A stretch of 61,170 bases of DNA, counting the filler, from Sphacelaria rigidula (taxonomy: Eukaryota): assembly GCA_964200075.2 (NCBI GenBank). It is 8 parts of 8 records of this genome, joined end to end, with 100 filler letters (N's around TTAATTAATTAA, not from the genome) between each part and the next. Parts side by side here need not be neighbours in the genome. Positions count along the whole stretch, not along the records: positions 45,956 to 53,513 come from CAXNAA020014341.1; positions 53,614 to 61,170 come from CAXNAA020014342.1; 6 more parts are not named here. One strand, given 5' to 3'. Within the stretch, counting starts at the first letter, position 1; each line of letters begins with the position of its first letter. Under the pieces are notes generated by a model that made no database searches, was not told where the DNA came from, and was given only the letters and a program-made list of their open reading frames with translations. The translations under genes and the position numbers were made by a program. Positions 45,856-58,745 of this stretch are shown one piece after another.

Positions 45856-46861
45856 NNNNNNNNNNNNNNNNNNNNNNNNNNNNNNNNNNNNNNNNNNNNT
45901 TAATTAATTAANNNNNNNNNNNNNNNNNNNNNNNNNNNNNNNNNNNNNNNNNNNNGGAGTGCCGCGCGGGGGTCTCCCGCCCCCCCCCCCCCCCCCCGTC
46001 TCGAAAGGGATGCGTGGTCAATGATCAAACGGCTCAAGCAAGCAACAAATGAGTACGCCCCCCCCTCCCTTCCCAATCCGCGAGAACGGGATATGCAGGA
46101 TAAGGTGTAACGTGTGTCGGCTCTTAAGTGCTACTCACGTCGCGTTGTAACCCTAGTAGCTGTACACAGTGTACAGAACTTTGTACAGTACATGAATGTG
46201 GGAATGTGAGGAAGATTGTGGCGTGTCTGGTCTATTATCCCTGTATGTGGTTGTGATGGCTGCCTCCTTGTGCTTGGTTTCGAAAATAGGGTGGCGCGGT
46301 GAAGTTTCGAACTGGGCGATAAAGTAGCTGAATGCGTGGGCTATCAGCAGGGTGCGTGTGGCTTCAACACGATTTGGCGGCATTTTGTTGGATAGGCGGA
46401 GGTGATTTGAGAGCTAAATATTTGGAGGGTTAGGTCTTGCATGTGCCAAGTGCACATGCTTCATGATGATTTTTTCGTTCGTTCTTTCTACAACATGTTT
46501 TTCGGTTGATATAATGGTGAACTTTGTTGTTGCGGTAGCGTGCGTAAGCCATCGCACTACAGATTCAGTAATCGCCGGATGTCGCTCGTGAGTGAATCAG
46601 CTTTGTGACTGGCGCGCATCCACACCTGTCTCACCCGATCGACTACAGTGTTTTTGTAGTTCAAAATGTTGCATGTGGGATATATACTGTAGTGCCTCCA
46701 TCACTTGTGTACACCGTTGACGTTTTTTCGGGGGGAGGTTGTCTGGCATATTCGCCGCTATGGTGGTTTATTTCTGTTCTCGTGTGGTTTGGGCTGATGT
46801 GAGCATCGCAACTCTACATACTGTGATCACGGGTCTGGGTGCGTAGATTAATGACGATTGA

Positions 46862-47305
46862 AACACGGGATCTTACACATTGGGCATGGATCTTTTATTG
46901 AGGATAAGAAACCCGAAGGATTAAAATCTTCAAATCCAGACCAAATCTTCGAAATATGGTTCCATTTCTTCACCTACTGATAACTGTTGACAACTGCTAC
47001 ACGCCATAGAAATTTGGACTTCGATCACCGAAATGTTGGGGTCCTAGGTGAAGAACCAATTTCGCAACAATTTTGGCGTCCGTTCGGACACCCGGAATTC
47101 CCCTAAATTGTTTTTCCACCTAGGACCCCAACATTTCCGTGATCGAAATCCAAATTTCCATGGCGTGTAGCAGTTGTCAATAGCCATCAGTAGGTGAAGA
47201 AATGGAACCATATTTCGAAGATTTGGTGTGGATACGAAGATTTTAATCCTTCGGCTTTCTCATCCCCAATAAAAGATCCATCCTCAATTCGTAAAATCCC
47301 GTGTT
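46862..47305. mobile_element. Fold-back MITE family A, copy 3 (best preserved)
   Basis: ~200-nt near-identical inverted arms. Perfect 4-bp TSD ttga at 46858-46861 and 47306-47309. Confidence 0.93.
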
Positions 47306-49108
47306 TTGAGGAATGAAGCACCTGTGCGCTCTCTGCTGTTGTTGCATGCAAGAGTGGAGAGCGTTCAAAGTAAACGATTCATACTGCATTTGCAAGTTCA
47401 TTGCTGTGTACGGTGCGGCACCACGACCACTACGACTACTTTTGTGGCGATGAATCAGGGCGACACAGGGGAAAGCGGAAGACTGACTTATCTGAGAGTT
47501 GTGCCAGGAATTTGTTATCTTCCCGTGTGTAATCGACGCCGGTCACCAGCACCAGAGGAAAACGTTGATAAAAGGTGCTTCCAGTTTTCTCGCGTTGCCC
47601 TTCCCGGTCTGTGAACAGAGACTACATGTATGTATACCACGGAAACCATCCGTGCAATACAAGTACCGGTTTTCGGCCAAAGAAGACCCTCTTTGTGATA
47701 CATTTCTGATAATGGGAGAACTAATGTCGCCTCCTTTTCTGTGCAGCTGTATTCATCCGCGGGCCACTACGATCATCACGCTACACCGCGGATTTCACCT
47801 CACTCTGAACTTGTCATTTTCACTCGGCACTCAATCGAACAACTTGCAAGTTCAAGTTACAGTGATGGCATTCCAAACTGTGGTGAAATGAATGACTCGT
47901 GGATACACTTCGTCCCCAGCATGGTCATATGACAGAGATGAAAGAAGTCTGAACTCCCGCTTCGTTCATGCTCTTTACGTCACAACTACTCTCTCAACCG
48001 GTGGCACACAGATGGCCCGTGTCGGGGAAAAAACGTCGACCACACCTAAGGAAACTCAGAAATTCGCGCCCCCACGTGCCTTAAATGTCCTCAAATTTGA
48101 CGCGGTCAAAGCAATCATTTCATTGTCGTCGCGCGATCACGTGTGCCGAGCCGAGCAGAGTGCACCCATGATCGCTCTGTGTTCATTGGATATGTGTAGC
48201 TCATTGGTTCTACTGTGGTAGATTGCCCTGTGTCCAGGGTGCTTCCAATTTCAATTTATTTCGGTGTTTGTGACGTTGCGGTCTCGGATTTCGGCGGTGA
48301 AACCGGCGTGGTCTCGGCTGGGCCCTTCTACTCTAAGATGAAGGTCTGCCGCACGCACCCGGGGTATGGTGATGTGTCGTTGCACGGAAGCGTAAAGTTG
48401 TATCGAAGCATAAATCCTGTTCGTGTTATCGCCGTCGCCATACATCCGCGAGGGCCCGCAGCAAGCCGGCGCTGAGACGCGAGCCGTTTCCCCGGCGAAT
48501 TCCCGCTAGGTCGTCCCACACCAGTCCCGGTCACGACCATTCCTGTTTTCAAGTACACGTACACGACTTGCTTCTCGGTATGCCATAGACTAAAAGTTGC
48601 AAACTGCTGTTTCTCGGGCAGACAGGAGACAACAGTGCGATGTCTCTCTCTTGGTATTATGTTGAGTTATTTTGCATTGTTTCGGAGTCTCAAAAGAAGC
48701 AATGAGCACTCTATTTCATATAAGTAATAGTAGGAGCGGTACTAGAACGTTGAGCCCACGAATGCGTGCACAGACTCCTGAGATCGGACCAATGTGCGAA
48801 AATAATAGTAAGCACAGGAACGATTACGAGCGTAGCGAACGCACACACGTCAGGTCGACGATCCAATCTCCAAGGGAGCAGAAACGAGGAGGGTGCCTCG
48901 AGAATCATACGCACGCGTTCCGTCCGCGGGCTCGAACGGCAAGGCTTCCGAGACGCACCTTCGTCCTAACTGCACTAGTGTGGGTGCGCGATAGTATATC
49001 TGACTCCAGTACCCCGGTCCAGAAAATATTTGTACGCCCCTAACGACAGCACGACTCGAATGCTCCCCTGAAGGGACGGACTCGTCTCGAGGAAAGAGAG
49101 GAATTGAA

Positions 49109-49184
49109 GGTGTGTGTGTTGTGTGTTGTCGCCCCTTCAATTCTGGGCGCCGGTCTACATCTTTCGGTATATGTGGGCGCACCA
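49109..49184 (-). mobile_element. 5'-truncated SINE family F fragment
   Basis: 'attctgggcgccggtctacatctttcggtatatgtgggcgcacca' matches 54833-54880. Confidence 0.7.
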
Positions 49185-50373
49185 TATGTGGCGGAAAAAA
49201 AGAGGGGGTTGCTCCCCGTACGGCTGTACCGGGCATGCCACACCGCGAGTGACGCGCTTAGATATGGGGAAGGTCCTGTGAATATGGAGGTGAGTCGCGG
49301 TACGAAAAGTAAGATGACTGACGATCCACATCGAGGGTCACAATTCCTTGCACCGCGCTATCCGACCAGCTGTGACAAGCGGCACGCAAGTCCTGGTACC
49401 GCTCTACTGAATGGAGCCACTGGCATCAGCGGGCAGCACAAACCAGCTTTTTCAGGCCGCTTCGGGTCCTATCGACTGGAGTTAGCGTCTGTCATCTCCT
49501 CTTCGTGTTTGTGTCCGTCGTCATACTTTGTCGTCCTCCGTCGTCTGAAGTCGCTAGTTTCTTAATTCACACTGAAACCGAGTATTTCGTTGAGCTTATA
49601 ATGAGACGAAGTCGCTTGTAACACGAGTCATGCTCTTTCAACAAGAAATATTGCCTGCTCCTGGGGATCACCTCAACGACAAGACCTTCATCAACACCAC
49701 ACCGAGACTTCCATGCCCGCTGCGCGCATTGTCCAACCTATCCTGCCTGCAGTGTCTACCAGGTCAAACGAGCAATGAAACCCAGAAGCCCGGAAACAAG
49801 CTTACGCCCCAATGCCTTCGTTACTGCAAATACAGTGGCCCACCACGCACGACCCATATGAAGCTAAGATATCGGTACCGTAGCACATGGAAGAAAAAAG
49901 TGTGCCCGGATATCTGTTGTGCCCCACTCTTGGGTAACCCGACCACCAAACGGAGGAGGAAGTACAGTAGCAGGGCGACGAGCTATAACAGCGACTTCAC
50001 AGTTACCGAGCGAAGAGGAAGTCGCACTTTTTCTCCTCGCTCGGTAATCGGTGCAATGTTTATTTTTGGTAGCTAAAGGGTTATTATCCTCAAGACCAAG
50101 CTGCGACTCAACAGTCAACGCTCTGCGCTGACGATGCTCGCTTCCCGCCCAAGGAATACTCACCCCGCACAGTGCTGAAGAAAAGTCGCAAAAAATACGG
50201 GAAAACCCACCAATTGTTACGTCCAACCCTCGGACGCAAGTGGAACACAAACAGCCTTCTCAACCACTAGTGCTGCTGAGCAGTACCTTCGGCAACACTT
50301 CGTCAAGAAGGGACCATCAAAATACTCCCCGCATCCCGGCACCGCACCCGCCCCTCCTCTCTCTCCCTGCCCC

Positions 50374-51084
50374 TCACGACTGTACGCACTCAGGAGGTGT
50401 CTCTTCATCCCCACCGGCCACCTCATCCTGCCCACCCTGCGACGATGACACGACCCCCAACTTCGTCGAACCGCTGCCCTTGTCGCCCTTCATAATCATC
50501 TTTGGCGCTGTCACTTCCACCGACCCGCACACATTCTCCAAACCGCGTAGCGTTCTGACGCCCTTGACGTTGCCGTCGTTGCTGCAGCCACCGCCAGCGG
50601 AAACAGTACCGCGCGAGGGTGACAACGCGGGGTCAACATTAGCAGCGCCGCTCTTTTTTCGCCCCGTTCGACGCGTCGTCAATCGGCTGCTAGCGGCGCC
50701 TACGGCGTCTGCTGCGGCAGCGGCCGGGGAACGTGATCGAGATCGCCCCCCCTCACCGCCCACCACTACCCGCTTCTCAACAGGCCTCCCAATCGCTTCG
50801 TCGTCGTTGTTGTTGTCAGAAAAAGACGTATCGCCTTGCGCGTGACGACCCTTGTCGGACCTGCTGCTGGACCTTGAACTGGTAGACCTGGTAGGTCGAC
50901 CGGTGTTTTTCGCTCCGTTCGCGGATGAAGACGCTCGCGGGGCGGCGGCAGCGGCCGCGGTGGCCCTAGTCTTGCGTTTGGTATCACCTCGCTCGTGCTG
51001 CGCTTGCTGTGCTTGGGGAACGTGGTTCTCCTTTCCTGACGAAGATGAGGCGGCCAACTTCTTCTCCTGCCGCTCACACAAGAG
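50374..51084 (-). CDS. Last exon of a coiled-coil protein: disordered tail with a KEN box, ending in CaaX (CVQS)
   Basis: Pyrimidine tract plus gaccag| acceptor gives the in-frame join TKLQ|LLCERQEKKL. GKENH at ~51025-51033. Ends PPECVQS*. Confidence 0.75.
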   Translation of the reverse strand, partial: LLCERQEKKLAASSSSGKENHVPQAQQAQHERGDTKRKTRATAAAAAAPRASSSANGAKNTGRPTRSTSSRSSSRSDKGRHAQGDTSFSDNNNDDEAIGRPVEKRVVVGGEGGRSRSRSPAAAAADAVGAASSRLTTRRTGRKKSGAANVDPALSPSRGTVSAGGGCSNDGNVKGVRTLRGLENVCGSVEVTAPKMIMKGDKGSGSTKLGVVSSSQGGQDEVAGGDEETPPECVQS

Positions 51085-51838
51085 CTGGTCACCATGCCGC
51101 GGAAGGATAGACGAGGGGACGAGGAGGGTTGAAGCGAGCGAGCCGGGGGCGGGGGAGGACGTCGGGGGTGAGGGTACTTGATAAAGATGGAGGGGGCGGG
51201 GCACTTGAGGTGATTAACAAGCCGCTCCTGCAGGGTCATCTCCTGCCTATGCGAGCGGGAAAACGATAGCTGGGACTTTCCTTGGCGTGAGTGTCCAGCG
51301 GTAGTTTTACCGGAATGCTCACGCCTTTCCAGTTTTGTTGATGCTTTAGAGCATTGTCATCACCCAGTTTCTCCTCCGCTCTGGCGCATTCCCTGTTGAA
51401 CAACTACAGATCGAGCTTGCGAAAAAGATTTCACGCGCCGAGAAACTGACTGAAACACGAACGACAAGATAGGTACCACAAAGGCAAAACATACGCAATG
51501 CTACCAATACACGAATGAAAAGGCAGCTCCATCCTCGCACGAAAGTCACTTCACGCAAAAATCATGCTCAACCCTGCCCCCGAGCGGTCGGCAATTGTGC
51601 TATAATACATGCATTCTCGAAACGCCGTCACGATGAAAAACACGTCCAGGTATCAACAGCGATCGTTTCGGAACAGTTCCAACGCGAGCGAAAGCGAAAT
51701 CTCATTTCACCATACGCTCGATTCACCGAGATTTTCGGAGTAGTTTCAGTGCAAGCGGAAACCAGCAGCGTGTTTAATTCAAAAGTCCGTCACAACTGAC
51801 AGTGGGCGAGTAATGAAAAAGTATATCCATTGCCTTAC

Positions 51839-52090
51839 CTGGAGTTTCGTCAGCTGTTCCTCTAGTCTCCGCGTCCCTTCGCCAAGCTCCGCGCACCGTT
51901 GTTCTTGCTCCCGCACCTTAGCCGCGGTGGCATGGTACTTCATGGTCATGTCTTGCTTCTCCGCTTTCAGAGCATTCACCTCGGACTCGTGCATGGCCCG
52001 CATGGCCGCGACACCACTTCCGCCGTGCCGAGTAGTCATGCCCCCTCCACCCCTCGCACTGGAGCCGGTGGCCCCGTCAGCATCAGTCCC
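51839..52090 (-). CDS. Penultimate exon of the coiled-coil protein
   Basis: tacag|GTDADG...HESEVNALKAEKQDMTMKYH...LEEQLTKLQ|gtaagg, 252 nt, with a heptad-like pattern. Confidence 0.8.
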
Positions 52091-53159
52091 CTGTATTTCG
52101 GTTTAGATGAGGGGGCGCATGTGTGCGTTTGTGTTGTGTTTGTGTGCGTGGCAGACTGGATGAGGTATACCGTGCGTGACAGACTGAATAAGGTATATCG
52201 CATCATGAACAAGGGGGTGGCGCAGACAAGATAGAAGGGGGTGGCCCCGACATGAAGTTTGGTGTAGTTTTCCTTCGGATGTTGAGCGCGCTATACTGAG
52301 GGACGGACGATCTTCGATCTCTGGATCATGACCGAAAATACCAAAATCTATGTAAAGAGACGGGCGGTGGAAGGGATGGTGATGGGGTAAAAAAGATGAC
52401 CATGATAGAAGCATATGTTTGTCAAGGATAGAGATCGGAGGATGTGCTAGCTGAAAATATCTTTAAAAGGAGAGAGGGGGGGACTGCACAGTGTATGGCG
52501 TGTTGTGTAGGTGGGCACAGAAGATTCAAAACAGGAATCCACTTCCGAGTGAGATATCTCACGGCGCACGTTCTCTCCTGTACTTTTACGCGAGACATTC
52601 GCAGTACTGTCACGTCAGATGTAGAACGTGCTGTGCTACTCACCAGCAATGGTAACCGGGGACATCATACTGCAAAAAACAGAGTGGCGAGTTTAGGGTA
52701 TAGGACCGCTGTGCTGAACTACCCCAAGCTGTGCTCAGCACTATTTCGCATGTAACCCGAAGTTCAATCGTTTCCCATCGTGAGTCTCGCAGCATGCGAT
52801 GTACGGCACCGAGCATGTCTCGCATACAAGCAGCCTGAAATTAACCCGAAGACTAATCCACCACCCCCCTCAAACTCCTTGGATCCTTTGACCGCGAAAC
52901 AGTGTTTGGTCAAAACACACAGACAAAATAACGTACTTATACACTTCAGAAAAAAAAATGAGGCCTACTCGATGCGAAAATATCTGACTTCTGTCAAAAT
53001 CATAACGCCTCATACTTTCAACCACTTGCGCGCCAAGGTGCGTATGCTCATCACCTGGATCGGCATCATGCTTGCTCACGTGATGAACAACTTGTCAGAC
53101 CAAGCCACCCACCTACGAGCGATCCGAGATGTAGTAGGTTACTCTTTGGGTATATACCA

Positions 53160-53513
53160 CAGGCACCGTAGGTAAGGTACCGTACCGAGCGTACCCCCGG
53201 TATTTACCGGGGTATACCATACCGTGGTATGCGTAGGTATCGTAGGTATGACATTTTAAAATACCGGATTGGGCCGGTACGGTAGGTATTGAAATCTCGA
53301 AATACCGTGGTATCGTAGGTATCGTAGGTATGAGTTTTGAAAATACCGGATTGAGCGGGTACGGTAGGTATTGAAATCTCGAAATACCGTGGTATCGTAG
53401 GTATCGTAAGTATGAGTTTTGAAAATACCGGATTGAGCCGGTACGGTAGGTATTGAAATCTCGAAATACCGTGGTATCGTAGGTGTTGTGGGTATGACGT
53501 TGGAAAATACTGG
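53160..53513. repeat. 82-bp tandem repeat (at least 3.5 units), probably the subterminal array of a TIR element; cut by the contig end
   Basis: The anchor accggatt/actgg recurs at 53263, 53345, 53427 and 53509. Rich in GGTA/TACC. Confidence 0.85.
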
Positions 53514-54771
53514 NNNNNNNNNNNNNNNNNNNNNNNNNNNNNNNNNNNNNNNNNNNNTTAATTAATTAANNNNNNNNNNNNNNNNNNNNNNNNNNNNNNN
53601 NNNNNNNNNNNNNTGACGGCTTGCCTTACCCCTATTCTCAATCGTATCGAAGATTCTCAATCTCACGAAAACATTGTTATTAACACTAGCATATTGTGGC
53701 TAACGACTCCAGATTTGAAAGGGTTTCGCAACGTCACTCGTGGTAACAGCATCATTGACATGTGCCATTCCAACAGGTCAGTGGTCCATTCATTACCGAA
53801 ATACACAAAAAATAGCGCCTTCCGATGTAGAGCCCACAGTCAACCAAATACTAGATACCAGTACTTTTTCTTGGCACTCAATTTGGCGAAAATGTTGTTG
53901 GAATCAAAAGCGCCACACAACATCCTCAACCGAAGCATATTATTTCGACGTCCGTTTTTGAAAAACGATGAGCAGGAAATGATCCTCTATACATCAGAAT
54001 TGTCGTCGGAGTCCAGTAGAATATTATCTTGACTTTTCACAGCGTAGTATTCCACGGACTCTGGAGCCCTGGCAGTACATTTGTGTTCCCCTCCAAGCCC
54101 CCCGTTCGTCCCGATAATTTGCGGCGTTAAGCGCTCACCAAGCACATACCTCATCGCACTACCATCCCAAATATTTTTCAGTGGTGTGCTGGAGTTCCCA
54201 TGAATATAAGCGCGTGTCTGTCTGACGCCCATTCTGCGGTCGTCAGGCCTGACCCTTGCCAACTTTCCATTTTTTCGGATCGTTTCATCCCTGGTGTTTG
54301 ACCCCCGCGCGGTAACAACACGGAACCCCGTCACGCAAACGCTCGGTCTGGGCTAATCCCCACCTTGTGGGGATATTGTCTAAAGAACGCACGTCTCACC
54401 CACCTTCAGCATACACGGACTACCGACTACGCGATGGATATACATTACAGCTTTTAGGGTTGTGATAGGTTACTGCAGTAAGCATCGTGTGCCTCTCCAG
54501 ATTCGAATTTGTCATTTTCATTTCGATCGATTTTCTGTTCTGGTTGTGTGCAAGTGTGCTGTATGCAGGAGCACACTCGCAAATTATGTGCCTCTTGAAA
54601 TATATCCATGCAAGCATGACGAATGAGGGTGCGTGAGAATTTGTTGTCGAGTCCGCTTTAACACCCATCCATCATTTGGGTCCTTATCTAGCCAATTTGA
54701 ATGAGTCTCTTGATCGTCCATGTGACTTCAAATCCGCGAATGACGCAGTCACGGTTAATGGTGTGTTATTC

Positions 54772-54814
<43 letters not shown>

Positions 54815-55151
54815 GTGTGTTGTCCTCCCATCTATTCTGGGCGCCGGTCTTCACCTTTCGGTATGTGTGGGCGCAACAGCCGGGGTCACACAGGAGTTTT
54901 TTCTTTTCATTTATTTCTTAGTACCCCACCTTCCTTCTGCGGTGCTTGCCTTTTATTTTTATCGCGAGAGGGGTTCAGCAGTCCCTTCACCTCGTCGACC
55001 GTTGAGTTGAATTTTGTGTACCCACTACATAGCCGCTCTCCACTGTTGGGCATGGTGTGAGAAAAAATCCCAGATTGCTCTGAGAATTGAACCCACGACC
55101 CAACCGTCAGGAGATTTCGAGGTTACCAACTGAGCCACCGGGGCGACCGGT
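54772..55151 (-). mobile_element. tRNA-derived SINE family F, full length, (CAA)n tail
   Basis: Minus-strand head accggtcgccccggTGGCTCAGTTGG...GGTTCAATTC (Pol III A and B boxes). Body shared with 60495-60822. Confidence 0.88.
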
Positions 55152-55335
55152 TATGGAACATGAAAAATACATTTAGAGATCATAAGAACAGCACGCCAAT
55201 ATCGTTCATTGGCGCTGCAGTACAGCATCTTGAATTATATTTATTTGTATATGTGCTGAGCGATCAGTTACGTTTGCGCTGAAATCGCAGCATCACGTTT
55301 TTGGAGCTCAGGTCATTTCTCATGGGTTGGGAAAA

Positions 55336-55735
55336 CCTTGTTGAAAACTACCTCTTGGGCCCTTCTCCGTCGTTTTACGCCCGAAAAGAGGGCTAGGCGG
55401 ATGATAACACCTTGGAATGACTTGCTCTACTCGTCGGGAACGTTCCAGAGCGACTTCGCATTTGCCGCTGGTCGTAGTTTTATCTTTGGCCAAACATATA
55501 TTTTCGATAACAAACGGTCGAGTGATAAACTACTGACTAGATTTTCATCACTCAGCCATTTGTCATCGAAAATACAACTTTGTTTAAATGTAAAACTGCG
55601 GCGAGCGGGAAACGCAAGGTTGTCCTGAAACGGCCTCAACGAGAGTAGCAAGGTATTCTATGGTGTGAACATCCGCCTAGCCCTTTTTTTGGGCGTAAAA
55701 CGACGGTTAAGGGCCCAAAAATGTTCCAACAGGAT
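55336..55735. mobile_element. MITE family E copy (termini eroded)
   Basis: Inverted arms 'gggcccttctccgtcgttttacgcccgaaaagagggctaggcggat' / 'atccgcctagccc..gggcgtaaaacgacgg'. Confidence 0.82.
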
Positions 55736-57289
55736 CTGTTCCAAACCCAAAAACAATTGGTCTCAGAGTTCAGTGTGAACTTCTTCCCGTCCTCGGCGGC
55801 TTGTTTGCCGTCTCGGGCGTAACAACACACATTGGAATCTTTTTCTACATTGAGCTACTTTCGAGGCCGGGGTAGATCACCGACCTGCTGAATTGGAATC
55901 ATCTTCACTCGAAGAATGAGCAAGGGACCAATCACCCACCGTGGCAGTCAAAGGGCTACCGACAATCCGAGCACAGTACCGCCCTCCACTGCGGTATACC
56001 ACGGGCATTCTCGTGTGTATTAAGTGCTTAGTTCGGTGAACATGCAACAAGCAGAAGGGGCCTCCATAACACGGGAAGTTGGGGTTCCATTTTTTGTCAT
56101 GTTACCGGGATTGGACGAGGAGCGGTCTACTCTCGTGTGTTCATTGTTATATCAAGTATGTTGAAATCGATCTACTGAGCGTGGCGGCGGAAGATGCCGA
56201 AACCTTGACGCTTTCATGACCAGAGTCCTGACATCTCTTGCATCCGCCGGGCTTCTCTCAGGCCCCGAGTACAAACGATAATATTTATTGAAACAAAAAC
56301 GACACAAGGAAGCCAAAATGGGATTACGGTAAAGTAGCGTGCATATATGTACCGCTTCGATGTGCACGCGCCTCAAACAGTCGTATGTATAAGCAGAATC
56401 TCTTCTCTCCCGGGGACTAGCGCCCGGACTTTGCTACGCTTGAGGGATTCTGCAGTTTAATAGCACTAAGAACTGCCTCCGGATCAAGCGACTCCAATAT
56501 CCCCCCTGGAAACATCTCGTCGATGGCCAAGCATGCCTTGCTGTAGGTGCTGCCGGCGCTATTGGAGTTTGCCATCAAAGCCTGCCCAATTACGGTTGGC
56601 AGTATGGGGATGCAATAACGCAATGGAGACAGAAACTGACAACGAGCGGAGGGGATACGTGTAAGCATTCAATTTGGGATTTCAAGCATCGTTGGTTGTT
56701 GGTGACTCAAATCGTACACAGCCTGTGCCACTGCACTTCACACTCTCCTGCAAGCTACCTCAACACAGGAGTACACAGCAAAAACGGCCACCACAGATTT
56801 GAAGAAAGTTAGCCATAGCAATGGCTACACATGCAGCTTTTTCGTTTTACATTACTTTCAAAAGCATCGTCATCGGCTTGAGCTCTGTAAGGCCAACGAC
56901 GTGACACGCTAAAAACCAAGCTGTCAACACTAAAGAGAGAGAGATTCTTGCCCAAAATGGCCACGAAAGTATACAGGAGCTTCCGTGTGGATCATCGTGT
57001 GAGGGCAACCCTACGAGGCCCTGCATTTTTAGAGAAGATCACGACCGAACATCAGCTCAGCATGTTCTTCACCATATTCTATACGGGACGCTTCCGTCAT
57101 CTTCGATACATACAGTACAACGATATGTGCGTCCTCCTGGTTTGATGCTCACGTCTCAACACTAGAAGAGGGGAGGCAAAGCCGTGGCTACAGCTTCGGT
57201 TCAGCTAAGCTCAGGAGCTCAAGGTTTGACATGGGCACTACTAGGAATAGGAGCGACGACATTTCCCCCCTCACAACTGAGATATTGGG

Positions 57290-57630
57290 TGATTGATTGA
57301 TTGATTGTCGCACATTAACTGACGCCTCAGGCATGTCTTGATGCCGTGGTCACAACATACACGTCGCCGAGATGAATAGAACGGGAACACTCGCTCAAGA
57401 AACATTGAGAAAATAAACTAGTAGGAACGACTGAAGACTGAAAAAACAAATGGGGAATAAGCTCGAACATACAAACAAAACAGCACACAAGACAAAATCT
57501 CTGCTAGAAATGGACGGCCTCTGCAACATGACTTCGGGCGGGAAAGGTCTTCCGCAAAAGCACATGCATTGACATCCATACGAAAAAGTCGTGGGAACAG
57601 ATTGCTGCTCATGTAATAGTGTTCGGCCAC
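57290..57630 (-). mobile_element. Retroposon 3'-end family D copy (diverged)
   Basis: Plus strand reads (gatt)n-gtcgcacattaactgac...gccgtggtcaca. Confidence 0.7.
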
Positions 57631-57729
57631 ACTCTTTTGGGCATGTGCTGGCTACTTATGTGGCGCTTCCATTGCGTTTCACGAACATATACCAATAGTG
57701 ACAAAGGTTGAACATCCAAAATCTCTCAC

Positions 57730-57897
57730 CGCCTCAGAAGCAGCTCGCTGCCCTTTGCCGCTTTGCCTGCATAGATTGCTGATGACCGTAGCAAGCGAAC
57801 TGAACATGTCGCACAGAGTCAACTCGTCATATTCTCTGGAGCCGCACAAGAACATAAGCAAGCCGTCCACGGCTCCAAACACGACGATCAGGCCTCC
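57730..57897 (-). CDS. Exon with an armadillo-repeat-like sequence (gene possibly decayed)
   Basis: tag|GGLIVVFGAVDGLLMFL...LATVISNLCRQSGKGQRAASEA|gtgaga, 168 nt, phase 0. Confidence 0.4.
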
Positions 57898-58654
57898 CTA
57901 GTGTAACAACCACCATGGCAACCGCGAACAATTTGATACAAGAAACGGACCATTTTAGCTATTTTATACATCTCACGTATTTCTTTTAGCGAGAACTTGG
58001 CCAAGGGTACCGTTTGAGTGCTTGAACAACTGCTCCAGGGGTGTCATCCATGTGACGTATAAAGGGCACGGAATCAAAGGCAGAGTAGCCCAAGGGAGGA
58101 ACGTAGAGTGTGTCATTTCTTTCACATACAACCTAGCTACAGTGTACGACCGTACAATTCTAGGCGCGTGGGGACGTCACCTTATCGTTGCCATGTAGTA
58201 GCGCTGAGTGACCCCTTGTGTACAATACTCCTCTTGCCGCCGCCTGTACGTTGATGATGTCTTCTTGAAAATGTTATACTCGGAGATACAGCTACGCTGC
58301 AGGGCACCACTACCCCCAGGTGCCGAGCACCCTACAGCACAACGCATTTGGGCATGGCATGTCCGTACGGGTTTGGTTTGAAGGTAACAAGAGTCTGGTC
58401 CTCAAGAGTGAATAATGTAGTACTGTATCTTACAAAACACGAGGGACAGGCGATCGTCATGCAGTACCGACGATGGAGCGCCTCGCGACTGCCCTTGTAA
58501 CCATTTATGCTACAGTAGTGCGTCCCGTTGACAGCAAGCTTGCTCAGCATGCGTGGCTCAAATCGGTGTCTGCCAATGCACGCCTTGCCTAGGACACTGA
58601 ATGAATCCCCTTCACTTGAGGCTTCTTGATCTGCCTTGGGGTTGGGGTTACGGC

Positions 58655-58745
58655 CAGGTATCCTGGAACGGTCTCGAAAAGTAGAGCAAGTCATTCCAGG
58701 ATGTTAATATCCGCCTAGCCCTCTTTTCGAGTGTAAAATGACGCA
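58655..58745. mobile_element. Fragment of the MITE family E right arm
   Basis: 'gtagagcaagtcattccagg...atccgcctagccctcttttcg' matches ~61047-61100. Confidence 0.7.

Noticed and set aside
50766-51239. ORF MTLQERLVNHLK as the next exon of the coiled-coil gene
   Set aside because: The acceptor at 51085 continues the coiled coil and ends in KEN and CaaX, so it is the better model. This alternative is not excluded without RNA data.
53221-53513. CRISPR array
   Set aside because: The units are contiguous 82-mers without unique spacers, no cas genes are present, and the context is eukaryotic.
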